Origin: Bugula neritina
Taxonomy: Eukaryota; Animalia; Bryozoa
DNA: 64,000 nt
Assembly (NCBI GenBank): GCA_964035545.1
Contig: OZ037767.1
Location: forward strand, 16,923,781-16,987,780
Direction of reading: 5' to 3'
In this document: piece after piece, positions 63,601 to 64,000 of the stretch
Layout of the letters: each line of letters begins with the position of its first letter
Position numbering within the stretch: position 1 is the first letter of the stretch
Notes under the pieces: model-generated
Told to the model about the DNA's origin: nothing
Database searches by the model: none
Seen by the model: the letters and a program-made list of their open reading frames with translations, nothing else
Translations under genes and position numbers: made by a program

Positions 63601-64000
63601 TACTGTACATAGTATTACTGCTCTGTGGTATACTGTACATAGTATTACTACTCTGTGATATACTGTACATAGTATTACTACTCTGTGATATACTGTATAT
63701 AGTATTACTACTCTGTGATATACTGTACATAGTATTACTACTCTGTGATATACTGTACATAGTATTACTACTCTGTGACATACTGTATATAGTATTACTA
63801 CTCTGTGATATACTGTACATAGTATTACTACTCTGTGATATACTGTACATAGTATTACTACACTGTGATATACTGTACATAGTATTACTACTCTGTTAAC
63901 AGCCTGGTCGCCAGCTCCAGCTCGACTATAGTGTCCAGCTCAGAAGGGTCAGGGCGGAGGTCAGCTACCTACGTAGTCTCTAGACGGAGCAGCGGGTCAG
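57628..64000 (+). CDS. Multi-exon gene, copy 2 (exons 1-9, runs off window), including the start codon
   Basis: GCCATG at 57628 (MLGRLWNFLTGDEYAPPRQT). Exons 57628-57689, 58063-58167, 58632-58763, 58946-59053, 59332-59631, 59855-59986, 60124-60291, 60513-60599 and 63903->64000. All introns are phase 2, no stops, about 98% identical by eye to copy 1 exons. Confidence 0.8.
58223..58625. repeat. 17-bp minisatellite, copy 2
   Basis: Same unit as 1-400; about 23 units. Confidence 0.97.
59066..59320. repeat. 20-bp minisatellite, copy 2
   Basis: Same unit as 844-1075. Confidence 0.95.
59748..59820 (+). mobile_element. tRNA-derived SINE head or tRNA pseudogene, copy 2
   Basis: A-box TGGTGTAATGG and B-box-like GGTTCCACTCC. 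Confidence 0.6.
60650..63896. repeat. 30-bp minisatellite, copy 2 (~3.25 kb)
   Basis: Same unit as 2443-7461; about 108 units. Confidence 0.98.

Larger units (their letters stand above)
58223..64000 (+). repeat. Segmental duplication of positions ~1-7566 (offset ~58.2 kb)
   Basis: Collinear exons, introns and satellites; exon 3 starts at 407 versus 58632. Confidence 0.97.

Overview
AT-rich, intron-containing animal DNA; the species cannot be determined from the sequence. (1) A previously unrecognisable multi-exon gene appears twice about 58.2 kb apart: exons 3-18 at 407-12684 and exons 1-9 at 57628-64000. Combined, the copies give an 18-exon ORF of about 1516 aa for a disordered Ser/Pro-rich protein with a Lys-rich KGPLx tail. 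All 17 introns are phase 2, and several are filled with minisatellites (17, ~23, 20 and 30 bp units). (2) An apparently intact, very young Ty3/Gypsy LTR retrotransposon lies on the minus strand at 15156-22636, with identical 304-bp LTRs and a tRNA-Leu PBS. In the env position it carries a third ORF encoding a C2H2-type zinc-finger plus coiled-coil protein. This is the best candidate for an undescribed system. (3) The element sits in a decayed, internally duplicated LRR-like multi-exon pseudogene that also holds a hAT-type non-autonomous element with a nested MITE. (4) A TARBP1/Trm3 (SpoU methyltransferase) pseudogene follows, with intronic satellites and a foldback-like inverted repeat. (5) A ~12-kb stretch holds decayed partial duplicates of the 5' exons of gene (1). 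(6) An internally deleted CR1/L2-like LINE has a PHD-finger ORF1. All alignments were done by eye; no database searches were run.
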